Positions 1 to 13,800 of a stretch of DNA of 64,000 bases are shown here, piece after piece. The translations under genes and the position numbers were made by a program. The DNA lies in NCBI GenBank assembly GCA_040954595.2, contig CM082593.2, positions 5,349,434 to 5,413,433 of the forward strand. The letters run 5' to 3'. The notes under the pieces are model-generated. The model saw only the letters and a list, made by a program, of their open reading frames with translations. It had not been told where the DNA came from and searched no databases. This DNA is from Balanoglossus misakiensis. Taxonomy: Eukaryota > Animalia > Hemichordata. The stretch's first letter is position 1, and the number at the start of each line of letters is the position of its first letter.

Positions 1-1007
1 TGAGCGTTTTGATATTTGCCTTGTATTGGTTTAAATGAAATCCAATACGAAAATTTGCGTTAGAGCTAAGCATTTATACTAAACATACCTAAAACTAAAA
101 TTTAACACCGCAGTTAGAATTACTGGGCGATATTTTTAACTGCACACATGCGGACGAGAATCTAATCTACATTCATAATGTACAACAGATTAAAAGATTC
201 TCAGAACGCGCCTTCCCTGAAGCATGATAATGTGTTAATGATGTAACAACAAAACACTCCACAAAGTACTCCTAGCAACTATGGAGCCGACGTGGCTGTT
301 CGAAGGTTTAAATATTAAAATAGAAACCTGAAAATGCTTTCTAAGCTCATGTGAAGTCCTTTAATATTAACACTGTCGAACAAAGTAACGTCTTCTCTAA
401 GATGTAAGCTTATCTCAGTATATGGAGTATCGATTATTTTAATTATTTATTTATTTATCTAGTTTAGCTCTGTATTGGACTATACAAGGACGCGACTCAA
501 TCCACAGAGGGTTACACCGAAGACACATAAAGTGTTAAAATATAATATTCACGAATAACATACTTGCAGGGCAATGGTTAACGACGGCCCTAAGCTTGCT
601 TGGATTTTAATGTCAACCTTCCAATCGGCATATGAAGGAAATGGTGACATTATAGACAACATCTGTTCTGGCAGATATGATGCGATTATTTTGCCCAAAA
701 ACCTCAGTACCAAAATTACTGTACCTAATTTGAAGATACTTGCAACAGATATTGCTCTCACAGAGGTATGGCTGCGTTTGGAGATACGATTTATCGGTAC
801 CGTGTTAATCAAATAACTGGGACGCAAATTTTAATATCCCTAGCTTAGTTATTAATTATTAAATGACTGATAGTGATGTAAAGATGAAAATGTGAATTAT
901 GGGTATTTTTTTCTCCTGGGTGATCCTGTATGAAGCACGCGATGCATTATGGAACCTGTAAAAGAATTATTTAAACTTTCTAAAGCCCTGCGTGTGAGAT
1001 TCATTAT

Positions 1008-1306
1008 TTACCTCATTTCTTTCATGATGTCAGCCGTACTTTCTGATGCTCCTGCGACGGTGTGGACCCCTTCGTTCCCCGGTCGCGAGGACCTCGGTGG
1101 ATCGGGACCAGATCTACTCCCTCGTTGCAATTCCACATTCTCTGAATGCGTACAACAGCGGTGAAGCAATTTTCCGACAACCGCAGCGAGGGCGATGAAA
1201 ACGAGTATTGGCATGAGGATGTTTATCGAGTCCGGCCCTTTATCTACGGTGAGCTTTGAACGTGGGTATCCACTGAGGCCATGCCTTCTATTTCCCCTGG
1301 TTTCGC
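1008..1306 (-). CDS. Transmembrane/cytoplasmic exon of a type I membrane protein (probably spliced to exon 23064-24312)
   Basis: Strong polypyrimidine acceptor (ttctctttctctgttctttgtag|GC) in phase 1, matching the phase-1 donor at 23064. Encodes hydrophobic INILMPILVFIALAAVVGKLL followed by HRCC and a short tail. It ends either at TAA 1008-1010 or at donor AG|GTAAAT after 1012, which would splice in frame to attttcag|G TTT CTA TTT TAA (327-315, C-terminus ...MRFLF). Confidence 0.65.
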
Positions 1307-4300
1307 CTACAAAGAACAGAGAAAGAGAACTTCTATGAAAACTTGAAATAAAGCAAGTACATGTGTCATATGTCATTATCACCAGTGAAGAAACATCTGT
1401 CGTTTTCAGGCCCACAACACACATACCACGGCACACTCACACATACACACAGAGCGGTCACGTAAGTACCGAGCAAGGTACATTTTGTAATTAAACGCCA
1501 TGGGGTTTCATATGTTTCGCTAAAATGTAATTCATCAAGACACACTAGCATACCAGTAATTTTCCTAGCAAATAGCAACCAATTTACATGCGCACAATAT
1601 ACAGCAGAAATGGAAGTGCATTACGCCGCTGGACCAATTACTCCAAATGATGTTCCCGTCGTTTGTTTGCTAAAGTTGGACTGAAATTGGCGTTTTTTTA
1701 GAACCCTTTGGTTGTATAACAAACTTATTTAATGCAACGCCATGCGTCTGAGTGTTATTCAAAGCAGATCAGATTATTGGGATAAAGTACCTCAATCGCA
1801 TCCTGACTTCATTTTACGTTATTTGTGAAGAAACGGGATTTTTGAATATTGCCAACGAAAGTCATTGTTGGGAAATAATGTCGAAATGTTTACCAATTGC
1901 ACGTTAACTCTTTCATTAGAAAAGGCACTTGTACTATTTCATATAAACCTGCTGGGGCGCGCAAGCTGCGATGGTTATTTTGCATAATTGATTAATTCGG
2001 ACACTTACTGGGAACGGTGGTTAGTGTGCAGTTGCACAAATATTTTGTCCCACGTCTAAACGTGGGTTTAGAATAGACGGGGCGCGCAGGTTACACGCAT
2101 GGCACGGTGACTCAATGGAAATATGACGAAGACGCTCGGGTCTGGTACAATAGAGCACAGGCGTCAAATGGATACCAATTATTCAGAAATTGCACGGGGT
2201 GCAAAGTGCCTGTAATGTTGAATAGCTTTACCTATAGCATTGTTTCTCGGTAACATTGCATGACGTTTTTGTCCGAGGAATAGTGCGGCCACTATACAAT
2301 AGACTAATATGATTACCTGCGGATTATTACCTGAAAGCATTCGGCTCTAATGTAATTTTAGAACATTTGTGATATAAAAAGATTAATTCGTGAGCTAGAC
2401 GACACAATTCCATAAGTCACTGTTTGAGAATTCCACGCTATTGAAGTAATTGTCGCCGGCTTTGTCAAACGGAGGAAGTCAATACAGAGCTTTAGTTGGG
2501 AGCCTGCGTAGCTTGTAAAGGGTGTATGGCAACCAAGTACACCGCATATGTACACAGTACTGAGACCGGTATTCAAATAATCATTAACACACTGCACAAA
2601 AAGTAGTCAAATAATTATCAACACACTGCATGCAAGATGCAATAGCCAGTGCTCTTCCGTGAGTGCGGGGAAACCGAACAAAGATAGGTCTAAATTTAGC
2701 CGCATGCACCTGGGGACTTGGAGTGGGCATTGGATCCTTACAATTTAAATAACTGGTGCGCGCAACAACTCACAGAGATAATGCCCCCAGAATGTGTCAG
2801 CATTAATGGTATATACGATCAATAATTTTCCGTGTAGACAAGTATGCGTATGTGAAACTGCTGGTTGGTGGTAAAGGCTATAGTCTCCGCGTGTATGCGA
2901 TACCGCCTACGAACACCATTAAAAATACCTGTCATATCTGTACTATATTTAAAGCCTTTCTGAATTCGTCTTTCATGTTTAATTTTCACCATATCCGCCA
3001 TAAAATCTCAGCATAAACGCACACGCGTCTTAAACATAAAACCGAACAATAAGCGACCAGCAGATATTTTTTACCATAATTTTATACATGCGACGCATTC
3101 AGTCCGATAAAATATTAGTTAACGCGATATTGAATACGCCATTAAATTTCATTTCATTTCAAACGTGGGAACGTGCCACATGACAAGTACGGACTTCTGA
3201 GAAACCAGCAAAATCCAATAAAATAGATGTTGTTTAATTTTGATAAAGTGGCGTCGAGATTGCGCAGAATAAACTGGGACAAGCTGGAGATTTCCAGGAG
3301 CAGCTGTTGTTAGGGAAGACATTTTGACGAATTATGCTACAGGGTTAACTACACGTGCCCCCGAAGAGAGAGCCGCAGAAACGTTAACAATAAAAATTTC
3401 ACCGTAGCGAGGATTTACTGCAAAATAGCACCGGCTGCAGTGCCTGTTTTTCCCCCCAAATGAGATATTTAATTGAATAATCTTAGTCCGGGTCCATTCA
3501 CATCATTTCTTCCCAGAGGTAATTAGCATATAGGCGAGCGAGCGCGAAGACGCTGCAGCAAACAGGCAGTTAACCCCGAAGCGGCGATGGCCCACTCAGC
3601 GACTAGAACCAGTAAAGTAATCACAGTGACCTATTAATAGGGTGATCGATGGCAAGTGAGCCATTAAAGGATCATATGATGGCATTATAATCAATCGTCG
3701 AGTGAAACAAGACAGGATAAAATCTATCCGTCTTTTAGAGCTCTTCAAATCACCATTCAAGGTGCGCGTTAGAGACCGTTCGTGCGAGTAAGCCAGTGTT
3801 GGGTTCTCATGATTTATCAAATCAGGTATCCCGTCACAAAAGTAGGTTTCCAGTGCGCGAAAATGCGTCGGTAACCATGACAGCCATTTGGGAATGTGAT
3901 CCGACCTTGTGCAAGTGGATATGTGCGTCTTCCCCCACCGAAAAAAATCGCCTCAAAGCTGCGTTCATGTCTGCTCTGGCTGTTATTATTATCGTTATGT
4001 GTGGCAACTAGTGAACTCCACACATGAGAACTGTATACTAGCACCGGTGAGTGAGATTTCTCACTTTTCCAAAATAGGTGAGTGTCAGTTGTTCGGCCAT
4101 TCCCACTGAAACTGAAAGCATACATCACCGGATGCACCAGTGGCCATGGTTACCCGCTTTAGTCCTATTAACTGAGAAGTTTACGACGCCGATGGGAACT
4201 AGGTTATTAGGCAACAAACGAGGGACGATATTTCATCATACTGGCCGAACAAATCAAGTCACATAAATCAACAAGCTTTGTGCTTTTTCGTAAATTATCT

Positions 4301-7167
4301 AAAATCCGAACCTGGCCGCCAAAGCCGAGCCGAAGTGCCCTGCGTTTGTTCGTGGGATCAACATAAAAGTTTACACGCTCTCGAGAAGTTTGCCCAAGAT
4401 CATACCTTTCTCATAAAGATGAAACGATGCCCGGCTACGGAAGGTTCCGCGATGTTTACGCGGAGGTCTCCGAACCACTCGCGACCTCGTAAAACCCAGC
4501 CCCTTATAATCGTGTCGTGGCCACCTGTAACATCACTGACAAACGATCTATGCTCCATAATTGCATTGCCAATAATTAAACTTAGCACCGATCTGTTGAT
4601 GGGTTTATCATGATGCTCCCGCGGGAATCGCTACGAATGCGGCCAAGGCCTGAAATGATCTCGCACTGATAATAGCGCCATAATAGGAAGTCACACCTCA
4701 AAAGTGAAACCCTGTACGTTAATTTACCGCGACAAAGATCTGACTCAGTCCTTTCTCATATGCAGTGCTCTTCTTTGTCGGTTATACATTGTTACTGGTG
4801 GCAAAATTTAATAAAAAGAAATTCCCCCGGCATCGACCGACAATAATCGTGTCAATCAACGGTCATAAAATATTGATTCGTTTTACTGTCAAGGTGTTAA
4901 TGCACATCTCAGAAACAAGAACAATGTAACACAGCAAAGTATTGTCGTGTACACCGACTGAAATGTTCAGTTTGAGTTCAATCTTTAGTAAGTCTGGTCC
5001 TACCGAGACGTAAAATGGAAACGGTTTGAGCTGCTCAGAAGACCACTGATTCGTTCGATCAACACAATCAAAAAAAGAAACGCTGTCACAATGTGTCTGC
5101 TACTGGTTTCCCCATTCAGGACGAAAATGAAAAGCCGCGTGTGGTCCAGACCGCAATGAATGCTTAAGTTATAAGAATGAATCACCCTAAACAAAACGTA
5201 AACCAATCACTTCCTTCGTGTCAATTAAACAATCACACATTTTCTTATCAACTGGACTGATAAAAAAAAACGTTGGTCTGCATGTTGACTACAACTGAAC
5301 GAAACACATGGATTTACGAAAGAGGATATCTTGCTCAAAACCCAACTCCAAATCAATTCTCATTTTCCATAATTTTATGAAACCATAGCATGGTCCACAC
5401 ACGATTCCGGAAATGACAGAAACATTAAGGAAGATTACCAAATTATCTGCAATATATGGATATATTAATGAGGTCGTGTTTAGCATTATTAGTTTTGCTC
5501 AGGCAGCTGCGCTGCGTACATATATACATTAATAGTTTCGCTAATAACATTAAACGATATTAAAAGGCCTCGGGTGACGGATGTGCCAATAGTATTTGAC
5601 ATATGTCCCATAATTCCATTGTACTAGTACTCATATCATAACCATGACCTTTTGGTAAAATCGAGTTCCTATATATGGCGCCCAGGCCGCTGTTTATATG
5701 CTAAATAGCTTCGAACAATAAGGCAGTATTGTCATATGACTTTTATAACATACCTAGGGAACCTTGTTTGTTATTTGTGAAGCGCAAGTGTCTAAATCTG
5801 GGACTGTATATACAGGGAGAGATTTGCTTATTGCTAAATATACGCCAGTTTCACAAAAACATACAAGTAGCATACAAGTCTGACGGAGTCTAGAATATAA
5901 GCAATCTATAAAAGGTGCTGCAGTCTATCCACAAATTGTCGTCTGCTGACTTTGAGCTTCTTATGTACGGTCCTCTTTAGATGGTAATCACTTTGGGGAT
6001 AATATTAGAAAATGTGACATTTTCCCAGGCATTCGCTTTACGCGAAAAGCGTTCTGCGCGAAATGAAAACCGTCCTCGGTAACAGCTGCTCAATTTGGCG
6101 CGAAAAACCAATGGAAAGCCGCGATGTTGTGGATAATAGCTGGAATAGTATTAATGGCCCCCATAAGCCGGCCACCTGTTGCTGATAGACATAAAACAGG
6201 TGACGACAGAATGGTGACGCACGCCGGGTAGGCGACTACATGCACAGACTGAACGCATTTCGAGGAGCGTACGGTACATAACGGATCCCGGTAACGGATA
6301 CTAATGGCCAATATGGTAGTTGTCGCTTGTACTTTGTTATTAACATGTCAAATCATATTCCATGTTATAGAAAAAAGGCCCGGATTGCAGCGAACAAAAG
6401 CAAAACACATTTGTAAATCATTTGGATTTTTCATGCCGGATTCTGTCGGAGAAAATCGAAGGTCCCCGTAGAACTTGAACTTTAATTCTATACATGCCTA
6501 CATGTATTGAACAGAAAGCCTGATATTTTGTTTGTCGTTGAAGTAGCGACTGCACCCACCTCACAAATAAACGTCAATTAAATTTGGCTCAGTGCGATTT
6601 TCGCCATTTTTATACCCAGATCTTTCATGCGGTAGCACTGAACACAGCCCCTCAAAAACGCGCAAACCAAAGTATTCTATTCTGTCCATGTAAGCCCCTG
6701 ATTCAAATGTCATATTAACTTCAAGAGAGCGACATCCTCCCTCGAAGTTTAATCCTTCTGAACGAATTTTGCCTTCAAAATGTCTCCAATTTCCGGCTCT
6801 GACGAAAGCAACGCTGATGAAAGTAAAGTTCAGGTACTCGGCTTTATGGAAATAGATGTGATGGTTTCTAGTACATTCGATGAAAATTGGGCTTTGAGCA
6901 AAACATCTCGCAGGCAACATGCTGCGCCGCCTTAATCTGTGAATTAATCACATAGCGCTCTTCTATATCGTTGCCATGGATTTTCGTGTATACAGTGATG
7001 AGTTTTCCAGCGTCCAGTTGGAGCTACATCCTCATTCTCTGTTGGAATTACTTCGAATTAAAGGTATAAACTAAACGGACAAACTAAATTAGGTGGTAAT
7101 GACTTTGAGAGGAAACGTTTGTGACATATCCCTCTCCTATGTTTAGAGAAAGCTTCGTTATATGCCG

Positions 7168-7268
7168 GGGATTAATTAGCCTGGTTTCCATACCCATTGT
7201 GTTTTAGATAGACTGCGTGTGTGTATATCTAAGACACACTGGGTATGGAGTCCAGGCTAGGGATTAAT
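7168..7268. mobile_element. Miniature palindromic non-autonomous DNA transposon (MITE), 83 bp, with 9-bp target-site duplication
   Basis: 7177-7259 has 34-bp inverted arms with 4 mismatches and termini TAGCCTGG...CCAGGCTA. GGGATTAAT flanks both sides (7168-7176 and 7260-7268). Confidence 0.75.
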
Positions 7269-9137
7269 GTACAGACTCCATATTAAACGGTGTCACATGT
7301 TGATATATTGATCGATGGAATGACCAATTAGCTAATAGCCGCGTTATCGCATTCTCTGCCCATTTGTCGACGAATTACCATTTGTTCAATGGGATAAAAG
7401 AATTGCATTTTACAAATAGCTTTTGAACCTTTGATAAATAGTGGAAATCAGAAGGCGCGTCTTTCTTCTGACTTGGTTTAGCTTTCAAGATAAAATTCGC
7501 AAGAGAACCATCATAAAAGAACGATAAAGCATTGGGTAAAAGTTGAGAACCACTTTCAGTATTGTAGAGGAAAAAAAACTACTCTCGTATTTTCGAGCAG
7601 CGGGATCCTGTATAGTGTCACGTGACTGTTCTGCGAAATACGACGATTAGATTTCGTTGAAGACGGCGAGGGAAAAGTCTGATTACATCTGGAGTGGAAA
7701 TTAATGTCACAGATGGTTCCAGCGTATCTGAATCGGAGAAGATTAAATTCTTGTTGAGAAATTGAAGAGTTGTCCAAGAGACTATTACCAGTGAATAGGC
7801 TTTAATCTAAGACGTCGTACGCCGTTGTGTGTTTCCATAACAATCAGTCTTATTGGACCGCACTGACCACGCAGAATGTCTTCTTGTGGTATCAGCAGTC
7901 GGTTTCTAAGTTTGAATCAATCAACGACTGATTGATCGATCGATCGAACGACTAACCGATCGATAACTGGGTGGGTGGATGGATGGAAACGGACGGTCTG
8001 AAACGGTTACTATATGAACAGTTTGCATTTTGATCTCCACACCTTTGATTCGTATAAATTGGGGACAGTTCAATACTCTGCGGCCCATCTGGTTACGAAA
8101 AAGGGGAAAATGCGATCAAATTACTCCAACCCTTTGCCTGCATGTGTTCAAAAGGAGGTCGAGTTTAAATTCTTCACTTGATGTTCGCAATCATCAAGGA
8201 CCGTGTACCTAGTTATCTGGACGAATAGATAACAGTACGTGCTACAGTGTGGGCTCCCCAGATTTCAGTTGAGTGGTATATAGTTAATCTACAACATTGC
8301 CAATTACTTCCAAATCATGACGAAGGCACGAAGTTCAAATTCTTAATGTAGACCGATTGATTAATCGAAGAATTAATTAATTTATTACAAATGGAAATAC
8401 CACGACAAATGACTAATTCGCAGTGTTAAGGTGTAAAGTAACTACCATTCGCTGGCAACATCACTCAATCACAAATCGCGTCCGATAAACATTTGGTTTC
8501 GATTTCATGCATTACTGACACTGAATAGCTTTGTTAGCAGGAACCTAAGACAGCAAACGCAGATCCTGACAGAGAATTCCAAACAGTTGGTCGTGATTTT
8601 GACCCTGAGCGCTGTGAATATCTATCGCCTGATATCCATGGAAACCCTGTCCTCCTGTTGAATCTCGCTGCATGATGGATAGCATTACAAGCTATGGGGG
8701 TTACATACAAAAAATGCTGAATGGATCTTTTGGGCTATTTATATCCCCGGTGTTTAAATATTAAAACCGTACAATATAACACAGTTCTAAAGTCATTATC
8801 CGGCCACCTATTGCATGGCTGGCGAATACTGGTGATTCAAACCTGCAATAAATCACGCGGAATGTTACCCGATACAAGAGCGGTAAGCCTATAGAGTTCC
8901 GCGCTCATCGCAAGCTTGAAAAGATGTACATTTAAGGATTTAGCGTTCGTTTCCATCGCATCAGCATGCGGCGGAGAATTGTGCTCTCCTCAATTCATGT
9001 GATTGATAAAGAGCGTTCGTGGTGAAATTTGCTAACCGCGGATGAATGCCACGTGGGAGACCGCGGTCGGGTCGTAAAGAGGACTCGCTAACCATCGTTG
9101 CATTCGTAATTACCACGAGATTACACACATCCTGGTA

Positions 9138-9161
9138 TGTGTGTGTGTGTGTGTGTGTGTG
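9138..9161. repeat. (TG)12 microsatellite
   Basis: Perfect dinucleotide run read directly from the sequence. Confidence 0.95.
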
Positions 9162-10794
9162 CGTCAAAACTCAAAACGCATCCCAAACGACTCGTGCACT
9201 GTCGTTGGCTTTTGCACACAACCCCCAGGGCGCACGGATCTCCCAAAATCAGCGACGACTGCGCCTAATTAACTTCCTCTCGTAACACGGTACACGACGG
9301 GGCTACGTGTAGAACGACCAGCGACAGGCAAAAATGAGCTCTTATTCGATAAATTCATGGGCACCTGAAGGAAAATGTCACTGACCTCGTTCTCAAGAAA
9401 TCGATATTCAAATTCAAGTAAAGCATCCCCATTGGCTAATCCTTTCCCCGGAATAGGATTAATTTTGAGATTTCCTATACGTAGCCTACCCCAAGTTCGC
9501 GACCATTTCCCCATTATATGCAACTAGACTTGTTTCCTAATATCCTTAAGACCTAATTCTGCGAGCAGTGTCAAATTAAAAACTCCCTCCAAGCTCATAT
9601 ATTGAATATTGCATACGATGATTGCGTTAAGAATATCAATTTACTATAGGATAGCGCTTTCATCTTGGGCGCCGAATATAGGTTCTTTAAATTTGCATTA
9701 GATTGTCTCATGATCACTGATAGGTAGATGACCTTGAGATTGTGATGAAAGTTTTATGCCGGGGAAGTCGCACGTGTTCTATACTTACAGTTAGTGGGAA
9801 AAAATAAACAACTATAAGAAGGTATATTTCTACGCGTGGCTAAAAAATAACGGCTTCTGTCAATGAAAGCAGAAGACAAACACGTCCCTCATAACATAAT
9901 TGGGAACGTTTGCCAATGCCACAAACTAGCCACCGGCACTTCTAGGTAGTCCAATTAAAATAGCAATTAAATTTCATGCGGATTTCCGAACAAAACATAT
10001 ACTCATAATTCATACTGTTCGCCACATATATTGGCAATAATCTGATTCAATCCATCAATATGTGAAATTCTACGACTCGATATACGTCCATTCATTTATT
10101 TTGGGACGTCATTTATAAAGAAGCTCAAAGTAATTTTCTTCTATCTGCTGGAAAAGAGGGAAGAGACGGACAGAAACTAACCGCCGAGTTCACTTGCCTG
10201 AGTTGTTTTACATCATAGAAGCGAAACATTAAATGGAGTGAAATAATGGCTTGGCGTGAACGGGGCTTTATGACATGTCAATCAGGAAATGGTTCGAAAA
10301 ATGCAGAGCTATTACGATACACTAGTAAGAACAGTTGGGTTTATAAATCAATTTATATTCTCGAGTATGAACGGCTAAAGATTGATTTTGACGGGAAACG
10401 TATAATGACGAGACAATTTTCGCAGTATGTCTAACCACATCTAGTCAAAGTATATGCTTGAACCTATAGGTCAGTGAAAATCATGTAATTTTGGTACCAT
10501 CGTGATTAAATTGACAATCATACTAACAGTGTGAAAAGTCACGCGAGATCTTCAGTTTACTAAAATAGTGGGTGCTTGGAGATTCAATGTAATCCTAACA
10601 CGTGAATGCGCAAGATTGCTGTGTCGAAATACATTAAATGGAGTTAGTGTTGGATCCTGTACCACTGCATTGGACTATAGTAAAGACGTACATCACATTT
10701 CGGTGGCGAGAGAACGGAATTCGAACTCGCCGGCTACACAGGAGGATTGTGGGCTCGAAAATGATCCGGAATTATTCCCGGACTCACTGTCGAG

Positions 10795-10885
10795 GAATGG
10801 TGAGTTCGAGACCAGGAATTGTCGGGATGCTGTGTGCCCTTGAGCAAGGCACTTTGCTTTTCAATTTTCCCATCCTCTAAGTAAA
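10795..10885 (+). mobile_element. Degraded tRNA-derived SINE fragment
   Basis: B-box-like GAGTTCGAGACC followed by GTGTGCCCTTGAGCAAGGCACTT, which resembles the GTGTCCTTGAGCAAGGCACTT core recalled from many animal SINEs. Boundaries are approximate. Confidence 0.5.
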
Positions 10886-13800
10886 CCGTCGTCGGTTGGA
10901 TGGATTGGAAAATTCAAAACTGAATCGAAGATGAAAAGAAACCTTGATCCCTTCTTTCGGGATCAACTTCTCAGATGTACATGACTTGGTTCGAAAATCT
11001 GGAGCTGGGTATTAGTAATCATGTTTTCTGACTTCTACAAATCACCTTGTCTGGGAAACAAGCTACTTACAGACCTATCAGTCACCATCTATTTGCTTTG
11101 CGCGCCAAACTTGCCAACGTTTCAAAGTCAGCGTACATCAGCGCGGGGTTAATTGAAACAACGCGCATTTATACGTGGGATATATGTTAACACCGTCACA
11201 CGGCGTAAAGGTTGCGAATGACCCCGGGATGACCTTATCCTTGTTCCGCCCAACGCCACCGAGTGATCTTCAGTATACTTTAATGGGCGATGAAATCACA
11301 ACAGCAAATCAACGTTGGCATTTTAAGTGTCTACAGTGCCGTTAAACAAAATGCAATTCATCACAAGTGGAGTGTTGTTGACTTGAAACTGCAATAATGG
11401 CCTCACTACAATCATTAGTTATCAGACTTAGTATTGACAAAACTCGTCATGTCATGAACCGTGTACTTAAACACATCTCCGGTTAAAATAAGCCAGCCAC
11501 TGTATAGTTGCTATATATCTATGGAAACATCTCTTCAGTGGGTTACATTTTGTATATCATATGAACTGTCGATCAAAACCGCAAGAAATTTCACAGAAAT
11601 CATATATCTGACCAAAATGAGAAAAGCCTGTCGTCTGACTGATTTCAGGGCGAAGAAAATGGAATGCTATGCATTCAAAGAGCCCAAAACACAAAGGTAA
11701 CTATTTTTACTCTCTGCGGCGGATCGCGTGAGATAGGAAAAATTGAATGCATGTATGCATCAAGCTCGTGGGCTACACTTCCAATCACCCGAGGTATCTC
11801 CACGTGCGCTGCATTCTGGAGATGGTTGAGCTGGCTGGCTGGCAGTCACGTGACGAGCATGCGCGGTCGATATTTGATACTACTGTGTCTTGACGACGGG
11901 GAAGAAACTCCGCGTGTAAAGGAAATGAAAGCTTTTCGTTTCCTGGAGTAGAAGACATTCGCACCGGATTCGAATTCCAATATTGTCATCAGCGAGCTGT
12001 GACAGGTCGTCCTACGTCACTCATATCTAATATAAATAAGAGCTGGCGTGTACTAAAGGGACTTGCAATTTTTAAGTTCCACGCGGTTATATTATCTAAT
12101 GTAAGAATACGTTCTCTTCAAATAATTAATCATGCGCGGTAGAACCCGCATGCCTGCTATATACACTCGCTATCCCAGTTGTCATTTAAGGATTCAAAGT
12201 GTAGCAAAAAATATAATTTCACAGGTTACTGAAATTATCCAAAGTCTGTCTGCTCCACCATTCAATCACATTTCGATTTCATGTTCAGAAAATTATTTTT
12301 CCTCAAATGTTGGTTATTTATAATTTACAAGATTACTCGCAGTGAGATAGAATTTAATCCAACAAGTCGCCCTTGCAATATTCCGCGAATCGGCCATTTT
12401 TTGCGATGAGCTCGGTCGAAATAATTGTGATTGGTGATGTGCAAGATGCATTGGGGATTTACTTATTGTTTGGTAAATGCGACTCACAAGCCGTGTGGAT
12501 TACGTTGACAATGCACGTCACGGTCCAATCGATGCCGAATCGGATCATCGCGCGCGCGGCCGTCACGTGACTGGATAGCGCGCGACCGGGCGCAAGTTTG
12601 TCAGGCAACATGTAAGGCCATCATCCTCGGCTATGCTCCAGCTTGAGCGGAGCCATTTTGAAAAGTGACAGTGAATAGTCAAGCTCTCAATGGTGTTCTT
12701 TGCCAGAAAACATCAACAAAGCAAAATGACGTCTGCCGTCAGCACAGAGCGAGGGATCATTTTGAATGCAAGGACTGGCGAGTCTCATGGTGGGTGTATT
12801 CACGAACGCAAACAAAGATAGCTTACAAAAACTGATATTTGGGCAATCAAAGTGCAGAAAAAAAAGCAGGTATATATTAATACGGCAGTGGCGGCTTACA
12901 CTTTTGTGAAATGGTACCTTCCACAAAAGGTCTTACAATGTTGGTGATTACACATCTCGAGCAGCAATGAAATGCTACGTAATAACGCTTACATCTTTCC
13001 TTAAAGGCCATTCAACCGTGAAGTGAATGCGCCAGCGATTCTCTCCAGATGAAGCACGTTAACTACTAGCAAGGCATCTTCAGATGTTACGAATCATCGG
13101 CGGCTCAGAGGTTCCTTTCTGTGATACGAAACACATTCCATCACAAATTGAACACATCGATCGTCGTTTTCTATCGCTTGGGTAGTCGGTGACATTTCAG
13201 GATACACTCCATTTTTCTTTAAAGATTATCGAAAGTGAAATACCACCACATTCAAATCGTCTGCGATGCGCGTCGCCTTTTCTTCGCGAACTTATCAACG
13301 TCGCTTCAATCCGATATCGAATGACAAAGGGATAACGTGGTGCATTGATTGAAAAACGATGCGATGGGAGTTGAGCCTCGACGCACGGGTACATACGGGT
13401 CACCGGGCGCATTCTGCAGTACAATCACGCACAGCAAACCGTGCGCCCACACATGGTAATCTGCTCAGCGCTCGGCGAAATTCATCACCAGCGTAAGAAT
13501 TACTCATACCCCGCAAACAATACTCCCAGGAAAATTGACTTTCGTTAAAAAAAATCCTCTTACGCTCAAATGATTTCGGTCCACGTGAAGTAACAATGAT
13601 AGCAGAATTCGATATGTAGTTATACAAGCTGGCACTGTGAGTATACATTTACCTGCCATAGATGCATAGTCATCATTTTATGTCCGCTGAAATATTTAAG
13701 TCCTGTAAAACTAAAACTAGAAATGCGACCATCGATCTAAGCCCATCTAAACTTGTCCTATCCATGGTTAAGTTGAGTGTTCACCCACCATGAAATTTCG

